DNA from: Eledone cirrhosa
Lineage: Eukaryota
Reading direction: 5' to 3'
DNA: 64,000 nt
Assembly: GCA_964016885.1 (NCBI GenBank)
Contig: OZ024743.1
Coordinates: 50,902,001 to 50,966,000 of the forward strand
Shown here in pieces: positions 52,371 through 64,000 of the stretch (position 1 is its first letter; every line of letters begins with the position of its first letter). A program made the translations under genes and the position numbers. The notes below the pieces were generated by a model. The model did no database searches. It worked only from the letters and a program-made list of their open reading frames with translations, and was not told the DNA's origin.

Positions 52371-52824
52371 TAAACAAGAGTATATCAATAGTTGCATGCT
52401 CCATCAAGCTGCATCACCAGAACAAGGTTAAAGGACCAGCAGGGGGTCCCGAGGCCAGCGCTATATAGAAAAAGACACAATACATGACGCATATAATGTT
52501 AAAAAAAATTACATCAAAGATCACATCAAAAATGTATCACTTACATGGTGCAATAGATGATAAGGTGGTTGGGAGAGGGTAGCAAGGAATGAGTGAAGGT
52601 GTAACTCAGCATGATCAAAAACAATTAAAAAAACACTAAAAAACACAATTAAAAAAACACTAAAAAACACAGTGTTAAGAAGGACACTAAAAATATCAAC
52701 CAAAATACAGTTCCATTTGAGCAAGGTGTGGCACAGCCAACTGACCAGACTTTTATCATAATGTGGAGGACCCATCTAGCCATGGGAAATAGACATTAAA
52801 CGGTGATGATGATGATTATATATG

Positions 52825-52876
<52 letters not shown>

Positions 52877-52904
52877 GAAAATATAGAAATAAATATATAT
52901 ATAT

Positions 52905-53122
52905 AGAGGAACGATCGACTTTCGTCAAATCGGACCGAGGGAACAATGTTTCCGTTGGTCTTTCCAATTGCTAATACTATCTATCGTTCGCAACTCCAGG
53001 TAGAAGGAGCAACGTGAAATAAAGTGTCTTGCTCAAGGACATAACGCATCGCCTGGTCCAGGAATCGAACTCACAACCTTACTATTGCGAATCCAATTCT
53101 CTAACCACTCAGCCACATGCCT
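52905..53122 (-). mobile_element. CORE-like SINE with a distinct tail
   Basis: Head aggcatgtggctgagtggttagag..gagttcgattcc; core ttgagcaagacactttatttcacgttgctcc. Confidence 0.7.
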
Positions 53123-53133
53123 ATATATATAAT

Positions 53134-53468
53134 GGAGGCACATGGCTTAGTGGTTAGAACAGTGGCCTTGCAATCGAAAGGTTGTGAGTTCAATTCTCAG
53201 ACCGGATGATGTGTTGTTTCCTTGAGCAAGACACTTTATTTCACATTGCTCCAGTTTACTCAGCTGTAGAAATGAGATGATAGGGACTGGGGTCCATATC
53301 ATTCCACTGCAAAGTGGTCGTGGAGGTGCCACAGCAAAAAAGCACCCAGCACTCACTGTAAATGAGGTTGGTGTTAGGAAGGGCATCCAGCTGTAGAAAT
53401 CAAGCCAAAATCAGTTCCCGTCCCACCCTTGCAAGCAGAGAAAAAGCGGATGTAAAATGAAATGATGA
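53134..53468 (+). mobile_element. tRNA-CORE-RTE SINE (tail A)
   Basis: Near-identical to 61788-62118. Confidence 0.87.
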
Positions 53469-53759
53469 TATATATATATCATCATCATCATCATCGTTTA
53501 ACGTCCATCTTCCATGCTTGCATGGCTTTGGACGCGAGTTTTCCCACTTGAGGCAAGATTGGTTGTCTTGCTCGTATAGTACTGTCTGGCGGGTTTTCTA
53601 TGGCTGGATGCCCTTCCTAACACCAACCATGTTTACAGTGTGGACTGGGAGGTTTTTACCGTGTTACCTACACGGCCACATTACAGCGTGGACTGTGTGT
53701 TTTTTTGTTTTTGTTTTTTTTATATATATATAAAACTGAGAGTAAAGTTTTATTGTTCT

Positions 53760-55135
53760 TAGTTACCACATCATCACATATATCATCTGCATATTGTCCG
53801 TACTATCCTTTAATAATATAAGAATGCTTTATACAGTTTATCTTTACTCAACAAAATTGTCTCAGAGTGCCTTACATTTATAAACTATATTGTTTAATAG
53901 GCATTTCCAATCTAGAGAGCAGTAGTCCATATTTATACAATTGCAGCTAAACATAGGGATTGTTTATATTCAGGATTGTTTATATTACTACAGCTAAGTT
54001 AGATGGGGTTGAATTGTGGATTAGGATATTTTAACTGTTTTCAATATTAAAAATCTTATGATATTTATCTGCTAAGGGGAAATGCTTCCTAATTAATGTA
54101 AGGAAGGCTTTAGCTATTGGTGTGGCTACTTCCATATTATATGGTGGGTTATACCATATAATGTATTTAGATCTATTTTTCTTAGTTTTGTGCTCGTATG
54201 TAGTGTATTCTACCTTATCTAGAAATCTGCTCTGAGCCAGGGCTTCATTGTAATGTGTGGAATGGTCGGTGAAAATATGCTCAATAGCTGATAAATGGGA
54301 AAGCCTCAATGAGATGTTTTTGACTAGGTTTTTAGTTATGCTGGCTGGATAGTTTGAATGCTCACTAATATAATTTAACATGTCATTGGGTTTTATATAT
54401 GAGTAATACAGGCCATTTGACATATTGAGTGACACAGAGGGAGTTCACCACAGATAAGTTAGCATCTACTTGAATGGAAAAGTTGAAACCTTTAAAAAAA
54501 TAAGCTCCTTTCTAAATCTATCAATAGCTCAGGGGTCCACACTTAGTTATAGTCAAAAGACCATCATCATGGTACAGACCTCCACCTACATTGGGGAATT
54601 CATCCTTAATAGAGAAAGTAAAAATAGACCAGTAAGGTCTGTGACCTCTGCCAAATTGCTGGTGCCCATGCTCACGTTGAAGGGGGTATTATTTGATTTC
54701 TTAATACCAAATAGTGTTGTCAAAATTTATCAGAATTGAAGCATTAAAAATGACATCATCTTCAAAATCTTTAATTTCCATAATAGTTCTTAGAAGGAGC
54801 GGTAAGGTGATGGAAGAATAACAGTTGTTGCTGTTGAATTGGATAAAGCGGCAGTGTGCCTTGTTATCTATGCTCCTAAACCAATCAATCACTGCAAAAG
54901 AATTATTCCACTAGGCTAAAAAGGCCATGTCTGATTTTGGGTATAATTCTATCTAAAATTCTTTTACTAAGCCTACCTAAATCATACTGAGGAGTTAATG
55001 AGCTGAATAGATGGGTTGTTATCAAAATTCGGCTTATGATTCTTCAGAGTAAAATGAAGAATAACAGGGTCCAAGGTTTCAGTCCAGTCCTAGATATTTA
55101 GTTCCAAAGTGATTTTTAAACCAGCATTATTGAAT
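53760..55135 (-). mobile_element. Decayed Penelope-like element (RT and GIY-YIG region)
   Basis: TLKNHKPNF, IDWF..FIQF..YSSIT, YIKPND..Y..HSNYP, IIWYNPPY, typical of PLE RT/thumb. Confidence 0.8.
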
Positions 55136-55334
55136 TATTGATGTCATTAATTATACTCCCATCATATATATATATATATAATGTAAAGTGGTCGTGTAGG
55201 TGTCACGACAAAAAAGCACCCAGTCATTTGACTTGGCTTTGCCCACCCATGCTAGCATGGAAGAATGGACATAAAACGGTGATGATGATGATGATATACT
55301 CTCTTTTACTCTTTTATGTGTTCTAGCCAAGACG

Positions 55335-56540
55335 CTGAGGCCACGCTGGGGCACCACCATAGACACTACATTTTCTATAGCCAGCCTTCCTAGGTTAGCC
55401 ATTGATGTAAAAGGGAGTTTATTGCAGCTAACCTTATTTGTGCTTCGCCTCGTGCTATGGGTTTATCCAAGATCTTAGTTAGCAAAATGTTGAGATGTTT
55501 CTTGAAACATCTACATGCACACCACTCTCACATTTTTGGCAGCTTATTAAAGAGCTCAGGGCCTTTGAATACCAACCTATTGCAGTATCTGGTCCTTATT
55601 CTTGATGTGAATGATGGGATCTTTGGCACTACACTGTGGCATCCTATTCATGGGTTGGTCTGGCTTTCAATGCCGAAGTTTGATGCTAGCCCTTCCAGGA
55701 TCTTCCATACATATATCACTGTGTATCTCTCCTGTCTTTGCTCCAGAGAGTAGATTTTTAGTTCTTTCAGCCTTTCACAGTAGCTTGTCTCTTCATTGAG
55801 GCAATCCTCTTGATGTAGCTTCATTGGATTGCTTCAAGTTCCGTGGTTAGTTTGACACTGTGGGAAACCCAGCTGAGAGCAATAGTCCAGTTGGCTGATG
55901 ACAAAAGTCCTACAGAGGACCAACATTGTTTCTAGGTCTCTTGTCCTGAAAGTCCTCAAAAACCAACCCGCCAGTCATCTGCACATTGCCGCCATTTTGG
56001 TGATGTGTGCATGAAATGATGCATCATTGCTCATGTCAATACCCAGGTATTCTATTGATTTTGACTGGGGGATCTTGATTCCTCCTGGTCTGGTGTAGCT
56101 TGCAGTGGCCTTGTGTTTACAGGTTGATAACAGAGGACCTGACATTTTCCAGCATTGAATTGCATACTGTTGTCCTTAGCCCATTTGTATATATCACCTA
56201 AATTGTGTTGTAAAAGAGTAGCATCAGCCAGTTTCTTGATTGCCTGTGCTACTTTCATGCCTTCAACATAGCTTGAGGGAGGCTGTCTATATTACAAAGG
56301 GTATGTCTGAGAGAGCCACCACAAACAGTATTGGTCCCACAACAGTTCCCAGGGGCATGCCACTTGTTATTGACATTCCTTTGAGGGCCATGTTAGCTGC
56401 AACAGTCTGGCTTCCGTCTTTTAAGAAATCCTAAAATCTTTCACCTAATTTTCTAACTATGCCAAAGCTATGTAGTTTGTGACATATTCCATGATCAACC
56501 TTGTCAAACCATTTCCAACAGTCAAACAACTGTTTCAGTA
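55335..56540 (-). mobile_element. Decayed CR1/L2-group LINE RT fragment
   Basis: FDKVDHG, SGMPLGTVVGPILF, LQHNLGDIYKWAKDNSMQFNAGKC, SQLDYCSQL. Confidence 0.8.
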
Positions 56541-56839
56541 CCCAGTCATAATGTTGTTGTTACTTAACTTCAACCCCCCCCCCCCCCCCCCAATACTTCA
56601 TTGCGTTCATACACTGGCTTATCCTTGATACGGACGGCCAAGCCCTTCCACTTCTCTTAGATAGCTCTACTAATCCTCCTATAGCACCTCAATTCATTAG
56701 TCACCTTGATTGATTAGTTGCTAAGCACTATCCTCCCACTCTGTGTAAAATACTATCCTCCCACTCTGTGTAAAATATTTACCCTAACTTATGCCTACGA
56801 GTATTGCATCAGCCCTGTACATGATGCATAGGTTGCCTG

Positions 56840-56873
<34 letters not shown>

Positions 56874-57190
56874 TTACGTCCACTTTTCCCTGCTTGCAAG
56901 GGTGGGACGGGAACTTATTCTGGCTTGATTTCTACAGCTCAATGCCCTTCCTAACACCAGCCTCCTTTACAGTGAGTGCTGGGTGCTTTTTTTCCGTGGC
57001 GTCTACATGTCCACTTTACAGTGGAATGATAGGGACCCCAGTCCTATCATCTCATTTCTACAGCTGAGTAAACTGGAGCAATGTGAAATAAAGTGTCTTG
57101 CTCAAGGAAACAACACATCACCCTGTCTGAGAATTGAACTCACAACCTTTCGATTGCAAGCCCAATGCTCTAACCACTAAGCCATGCGCC
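56840..57190 (-). mobile_element. tRNA-CORE-RTE SINE (tail A)
   Basis: Same head, core and tail as the other copies. Confidence 0.85.
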
Positions 57191-57324
57191 TGTACTTGTA
57201 TATTTCCATGTAACAAACTGCTCTGCAACTATGCACTTCCATACTTAGAAATAAGAGTGTATAACCATTGCATGTATATATGTTTGATTATATATACATA
57301 TATATTTTTTATATATTAAAAGCT

Positions 57325-59846
57325 TATTACTTGATGCCTTTGACAATAAGGAAGAGCAATTAGAGACATGCAATATAGAGGAACAGTGGCAATTCTTGAA
57401 AGTGAACCTGCTGAAAGCAACGGATGAAATCTGTGGCTGGAGCAGACCTATTGGCAGGAGGAGAGTAACTTAGTGGTGGAATAGTAAGGTGGAAGAGACA
57501 ATCAAGGCCAAAAAGCAGGCTTGGAAAGTATGGCAGGATGGGGGAAGTAGAGAGCACTATCAAGTGGTCAGGAGAAAAGCTAGGAGACAAGTGTACCTTG
57601 CAAAAAGGGTAGCAGAAGATAGAAAGTTCAAGCATGTTCTGCAACGTGAGGACCAAAAACGTGAGGTGTTCAGGATTGCTAGACAATGTGTCAAGGAAAA
57701 CCGTGATATTGTCGGGGAGAAGTGTGTCCGTAATGATAATGGTGTACTTGCGCTCACTGATACTGATAAGAAGATAGCCTGGAAGTGTCACTACAAGAGA
57801 CTATTAAATGAGGAGAATAAATGGGAAAAAGATAGTCTGCCCCAAATCGATCCAATAGAAGGACCAGCGGTGCAAGTTAAAGGTAGTATAATAAGTAAGG
57901 CAATCAAAGATATGAAGACAGGCAAGGCAGCTGGGCCTTCGGAGATAGTTGCTGAGATGTTAAAGGCATCTGGTATGGTGGGTCACACTATGGTCACCCG
58001 TATTGTTAACCAAAAGACCGGCGTAGCAGCATCATCATTAACTGCTACAAGGGTAAAGGGGATGCTCTAGATAGGGGAAACTATAGAGGCATTAAGTTAG
58101 TTGACCAGGTCATAAAGGTCACAGAAAGAGTTATAGCGCAACTAATCAGAGAGCGAATTGATCTAGATGAAATGCAGTTTGGGTTTGTGTCTGGTAAAAG
58201 TACCACAGACGCTCTTTTCCTTGTATGACAACTACAAGAGAAGTACCTAGCTAAAAGTAAACTCCTCTACTTAGCTTTTGTAGACCTGAAGAAAGCTTTT
58301 GACAGAGTCCCCCGTTCCATTATCTGGTGGGCTCTTAGAAAATTAGGTGTAGATGAATGGCTTGTGAGAGCTATACAAGCTAAGTATAATGAAACAGTCA
58401 GTAAGGTTAGAATTAACAATGAATATTGTGAAGAATTTAGTGTAAAAGTTGGCATTCATCAAGGCTCTGTCCTTAGCCTCCTCTTATTTATTATTGCCCT
58501 TCAGGCTATAACAGAGGAGTTCAAGACCGGCTGCCCATGGGAACTCCTATACGCAGATGATCTAACGCTCATAGCTGAATCAATGGCTGAACTAGAGAAG
58601 AAATTCGAAACATGGAAGCATGGCCTAGAATCAAAAGGCCTTAAAGTTAACTTGTCTAAGTTCTAGTTTGTAGAATGAAAATAGGGCACAGGTGCCCTCA
58701 GGGAAATGGCCATGCTCAGTGTGTAGGAAAGGAGTAGGCAGAAATTCCATTTTATGTCCCAAATGCAAAGTATGGGTACATAAAAATGTAGTGGGATCAC
58801 AGGTAAACTATCTAAGAGCGTAGACTTTATATGTGGCCAATGCTCAGGTGCAATAAGTAGCAAGTGTCCAAAGGATACTAGCTCCTTCCATTGCCCAGAT
58901 GGTTCTATAGAAATAATAGACACTTCCCATCACCTGGGTGACGAAATCAGCAGTGGTGGAGGGTGTTCTGAAAGTACAGTAGCCAGAGTCAGAACGGGAT
59001 GGAAAAAGTTCAGAGAGCTTATACCGCTGTTGGCCACAAAAGGTTCCTCTCTAAAAATGAAAGGCAGATTGTATGATGCCTGTATACGAACAACAATGCT
59101 ACATGGCAGTGAGACATGGGCATTACGTGCAGAGGACCTGCGTAGACTGGAAAGGAACGAAGCATGCATGCTCCGTTGGATGTGTAATAGTAATATATGT
59201 GAACGGCAAAGCATAAATAAACTAAGTGATAAATTAGGAAAAGAGGGATCAGATGCTGTTTACTTGAGAGAAGACTACCTTGGTATGGTCACGAAAGACG
59301 ACAGCTGCATAATAAAGTGCAGAGCGATCAAAATTGATGGTAATTTCGGAGTAGGTAGACCCAGAAAAACCTGGGATGATCTGATAAATTCTGACCTCAC
59401 ACACTTACATCTCTCTAAGACAATGTCTCTGGACCGAGATCTTTGGCGCTACGCAGTAATACAGAAGACCCACCTTGCCTGTGTACAAAGCGAAACCTAC
59501 AGTCAGTAGGCACCTCTTAACCAAATATACACCCTAATCTACTACCCTTACCCTATCCTCCCACTCGCACCAACATCACGAGAAAATGAGATCGAGTTCG
59601 TGTAGGTGCCACGACAAAAAACACACACAGTCCACGCTGTAATGTGGCCGTGTAGGTAACATGGTAAAAGTTCCCAGTCCACACTGTAAATGTGGTTGGT
59701 GTTAGGAAGGGCATCCAGCCGTAGAAAACCTGCCAGATAGTCCTATATGAGCGAGACACGGTCACCCGACCAGCCTTGCCTCAAGTGGGACAACTCCCGT
59801 CTAACCCATGCTAGCGTCGAAAATGGACGTTAAACGAAGATGATGA
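57325..59846 (+). mobile_element. RTE LINE, 5'-truncated, decayed
   Basis: GKAAGP, DLKKAFDRVP, GIHQGSVLS, LYADD, PHD-like Cys/His cluster, RPRKTW, 3'UTR with (gat)n. Confidence 0.93.
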
Positions 59847-60707
59847 TATACCTGTGTATTCATGTACATATACACATGGTTAGGCGAGTGTATGTGTAAG
59901 CATGCAACTTTATACCTAATGTTAAACCTAACTAGAACACACTACAAATCTTTGTATACTCTACCTATAAACACAACACACACCCTTACCCCCATACACA
60001 CCACAGAGGAACATGCTAAATTCGGTACCAGCATGGCAGCACTTGTAGAATATCAAAACTGCCCTTGGCTGGGCCCTGTAAGTATACAAAAATAAGAAAA
60101 ATATAAATAATTAAATTTACCAGCATACTTTTTACCCCATGTGAATTGAAGCTGATGACCAGATTTAGTAATTTGACACTTTTAGTCCAGAGACTTAATT
60201 CCACCACCTACTACTAACTTGCCGTATCCCCCACCCCTAGTTTTGACACTCACCAACGTTTGTACATCATATGCTCCCCTAAAGCTGGACTGCCAACAGC
60301 GAGTTCCATACTATGGTGAGCATATCAAAAATAAAAACAAAATATTACACCTAAATACCTGTCTAATGACAACACATAGAATAATTGTTACACAAAACTT
60401 TGATGTCTTTGAAATGTACATAACAGGATGATGTATGCGTGATACTCTCTCTTCTTTTTTATAATATTGACACTCCATCTGATACCATATAGGTAATACC
60501 TTAAGGTACTCATATTGTAGAGTGCTTACATCTAATTACACCACTATTAGTTGATTGCTTGATTACTTGGAATAATATAATCTATATATTATTTCCAATA
60601 AAACATTTAAATTATCATTGATTTTTAATACTTTGTGGGTATATCCAATTAAACCTTGCAATTTTTATGGGGTCAACTAGATAAAATTATTATTATTATT
60701 ATTATTA

Positions 60708-61600
60708 CTTTGATATCTCTCATTGTTGTTACTTAATCGGGAAATTTGCCCTAATAAACATCAAGCCACTACCTGACGCCTCAGATATTCAGGATGTATC
60801 AGAGGGTCCTTGCTGTTCCCAGTAGGCATGCCTTCTGGAGTGTTCTAAACACAGGAGCTGGGCTGATGTTCTTTAACCAGCTTTGGAAGCTCCTTAAGAT
60901 AGTACCCAGTGCTCCTATAACAATGTGTACGACCTAGATCTCATGACAGTTCCAAATCCTTTTCAGTTCTCACTTTAAATCCGGAGACCGGTTAATTTTC
61001 TCCTTCCCTTTTTCTTTCACTTGAATGTCAAAGGGGCAAGCTACATCTATAATCAAGCAAGATCTTTTTTCCTTGTCAAAAACTATAAGGTCAGGCCTAT
61101 TGTGTTGTAATTCTTTATCTGTTTGTATCCTGAAATCCCACAGCAACTTCACCCGATCTCTTTCTGTCACCGACTCGGGCTGATGCTCATACCGTTTCTC
61201 AGAATGAGGTAATTTGCTCAGTTTGCATACATGCCAATGAATCACTTTTCCTATTATATCATGCCTCTATCCTTTAGAGTGAGTCTAGGCCAGGTGTTTA
61301 CAGTCGGATACGATGTGAGCCACAGTTTCCTCTTTCTCTTCACAGATCCTACAGAGCGGGCTAGCCTTATCAATATGGTGTTTCATTCATTTCGCTGAAA
61401 GGGTTTGCTCCTGTGCAGCCAGTAGCAGACCCTCTTAGACTTTGTCAAGGTCCCCTTTCTTTAACCAGTTCCATGTCTGCAGATCTCTGAATCTATCCCA
61501 TTCTTTTGGTTCGTTTACATTCCATTTAAGAATTCCCGCACTATACCTAATACTAGACACAGGTCGGGAATTTACTTACTGCACTTACGGTATTTTTACT
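60708..61600 (-). mobile_element. R4/Dong-clade non-LTR 3' fragment (CCHC finger and restriction-like endonuclease)
   Basis: CRICEEKEETVAHIVSDC, LWDFRIQTD..HNRPD..IIDVACP; 3' end abuts (TAA)n at 60686-60707. Confidence 0.85.
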
Positions 61601-61787
61601 ATTCAGACAAGACTTTAATATGTTCCTTACTCTCCTTGTGTCTCTTGATCTTATCATCTCCTTCATTTTATTGTCTTCAGTCTATCCTCTTTATCATCTC
61701 ACCTGTTGGTACCTCAATTCCTTTGCTTCTCTTCAATTTACCTCTCCTCATCACTAGGACTCCACACTTATTAACACAAAATTTTAT

Positions 61788-62118
61788 ACATGGTTTAGTG
61801 GTTAGAGCATTGGCTTTGCAATCGAAAGGTTGTGAGTTCAATTCTCAGACTGGGTGATGTGTTGTTTCCTTGAGCAAGACACTTTATTTCACATTGCTCC
61901 AGTTTACTCAGCTGTAGAAATGAGATGATAGGGACTGGGGTCCATATCATTCCACTGCAAAGTGGTCGTGGAGGTGCCACGGCAAAAAAGCACCCAGCAC
62001 TCACTTTAAATGAGGTTGGTGTTAGGAAGGGCATCCAGCTGTAGAAATCGAGCCAGAATCAGTTCCCGTCCCACCCTTGCAAGCAAGGAAAAGCGGACGT
62101 AAAATGATGATGATGATA
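61788..62118 (+). mobile_element. tRNA-CORE-RTE SINE (tail A)
   Basis: A and B boxes, core, RTE-like tail (gat)n. Confidence 0.87.
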
Positions 62119-62570
62119 TCATTACTGAAAATGCAAACAGTGTTAACAAGTACATTCAACTCCTTTATTGCTATTATTATTATGGGTGATTATGCAGCAT
62201 AGAGTTACGGCCTTTTATAGTCTGAGTTCAAATCCCGCCGAGGTTAACTTTGCCTTTCATCTTTACGAGGTCGATAAAATAAAGTACCAGTAATGTACTG
62301 GGTAATTGCTGGCCTTGTTCCAAAAGTAGAAACAATTATTATGGGTGATCAATTGGCAAAATTGTTAGACTGACAGATAAAATGTCATTGTGGTATTTTG
62401 TTGAGGCTCTTTCTGTTGTGAGTTCAAATCCCAGCAAAATCAACTTTCCCTTTTATCCTTCTGGAGTCAATAAAATAAAGTAGTAGTAATGCACTGTAGT
62501 TGATGTAATTGATTTCCTTCTTCCCATCAAATTGCTGACCTTGTGCCAAAAGTAAAAATAATTATTATTA

Positions 62571-63131
62571 CAGGGTTGCTCAGTTCTTCAAGGACACATC
62601 TTTTAATAGCTCTTTTTGTAACTTGTTCTGATTATCATTTCTTTTCAGATAAATGGTGACAGACATCAAGCTATATTTGTTGCCTTAAAGGTAGAGCATA
62701 GTGATTTAGAGAGTGCTCACTTCCTGAAAATTACATGATTGGTTGTTGTCAAAGTTTACAATCTCCACCATCATGTCACCCAAATCATATGGTATCCTTG
62801 CTCTCCAAACCTGAACCCATTGGACTACTATATAAGATAGTCGAAAGGGAAATCAATCAATGTCCCCATAACACTATAAAATCTTTGAAGTCGGCCATAA
62901 CTAGCACAATGTCCAAAATAGATAGAGATCATCTGATTCGAACATGTCATCATTTCAGACCTCATATTGAAGTAGTCATTGATGCTAGTGGCAAATTCAT
63001 TAAGTAGATGCATCAAGAAAAGTCTCAGGTTTATTCATATCAATTTTTTTCTTAAATAAAGCTCTTCTTTCATATCTGATGCATCTTTTACTAACATTAT
63101 ACAAACGTCTTCAAAGAAGTGAGCAGCCCTG
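62571..63131 (+). mobile_element. Internally deleted Tc1/mariner (maT/DD37D-like) element
   Basis: ~25-bp imperfect TIRs cagggttgctcagttcttc / gaagtgagcagccctg, TA on the left; WYPCSPNLNPLDYY motif and C-terminal transposase ORF. Confidence 0.8.
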
Positions 63132-63254
63132 CAATATATGTTGTTAGTTCCAAGTCAGCCATATTGTTTAGTTCCAAGTCGGCCATATTGTTTAGTTCCA
63201 AGTCAGCCATGGCTGTAACAAGACCAAAACATCTCCTTTTGTCCATTCCTGTCT

Positions 63255-63446
63255 CCTTACTCTATATTTACAATTGTATTTTCATTGTAAAGGCTTTACC
63301 TCACATAATATCAAATCTATGAGATTTTGATATTATTTATTTTGAGAACAATACCTTAATGTCAGTATGAGTGGCCAGTTTCAACTGGTTTGAACATAAT
63401 GAGGTGAGAGAATTCTGGCCAGATATGGCCAGTTTAAATGCTAAAT
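63255..63446 (+). mobile_element. Truncated piggyBac-type MITE
   Basis: MITE body with a partial right TIR taaatgctaaa. Confidence 0.7.
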
Positions 63447-64000
63447 CTTTATTGTTTATGTTGTTCAACAATTTCAATTAACTGGTCTTCTTGGTGTCAT
63501 TTCCTTTGCACCCTAGAGGGAGTTTTTCTCAACTAATTGTTTGGATTTCAGTTGATTGAATTCATATATTACACATGTGAATTCAGATGCCACTGAACCA
63601 AAATATATATAATTAGTTTGAGTGAGTATAATACATCAGTAAAAATGTATATAGAAGTAGAAATGGTTCAATGCCTTTCTATAGAACGAAGGTGACGGCA
63701 GTATTAAGGAGAGGGGTTGTCAGGTGTAACAGGTGTGGGGGATGATTAAGGTAGGGTGGTTGGCATATTATCAATCATGTGTAACAGGTGTGTGGGGGGG
63801 TATATGCGAGTGAAAGGGAGGGTGTGTGTATGTGAGTGAGAGAGTATATGCATGTGTGTAAGGCTAATTTATTAATTATCCTGTTGTGTGTGTATGTATA
63901 TATGTATGTATGTGTGGGAGGTGATGTAGTGTGTGTGTGTGTGTAAAGTTTAATAAAACAGTATCTGATCATGTGCTTTGTAGTTATTTTTGAGCCATCG

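Noticed and set aside
53134-53210. tRNA genes at SINE heads
   Set aside because: A and B boxes are present, but there is no complete cloverleaf and they continue into SINE core and tail.
62651-62690. Short exon-like segment (ag..gt)
   Set aside because: It lies within the Tc1/mariner remnant and corresponds to its transposase N-terminus.

Overview
AT-rich, repeat-saturated eukaryotic (animal) DNA with no confidently identifiable host protein-coding gene. The SINE/LINE repertoire suggests an octopus-like cephalopod; this is an inference. It contains many decayed RTE-clade LINE copies (PHD-type finger inside ORF2), tRNA-derived CORE-like and Meta-like SINEs, Penelope-like, CR1-like, HERO-like and R4/Dong-like fragments, hAT and Tc1/mariner remnants, a ~220-bp TTAA-flanked piggyBac-type MITE family, about ten minisatellites and many microsatellites. 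The most striking structure is a nested composite at 23922-31180: a piggyBac-type MITE whose internal 72-bp segment has expanded into a tandem array, into which a near-intact 5.6-kb Tx1/L1-clade retrotransposon has inserted. This mirrors the Xenopus Tx1D/Tx1L (Tx1C) architecture. Also notable are hammerhead-ribozyme-like motifs, a 56-bp-arm palindrome, minisatellites seeded from TE sequence, and SINEs that swap LINE-derived tails. Most long ORFs in the track are tandem-repeat artefacts. Coordinates of decayed elements are approximate.
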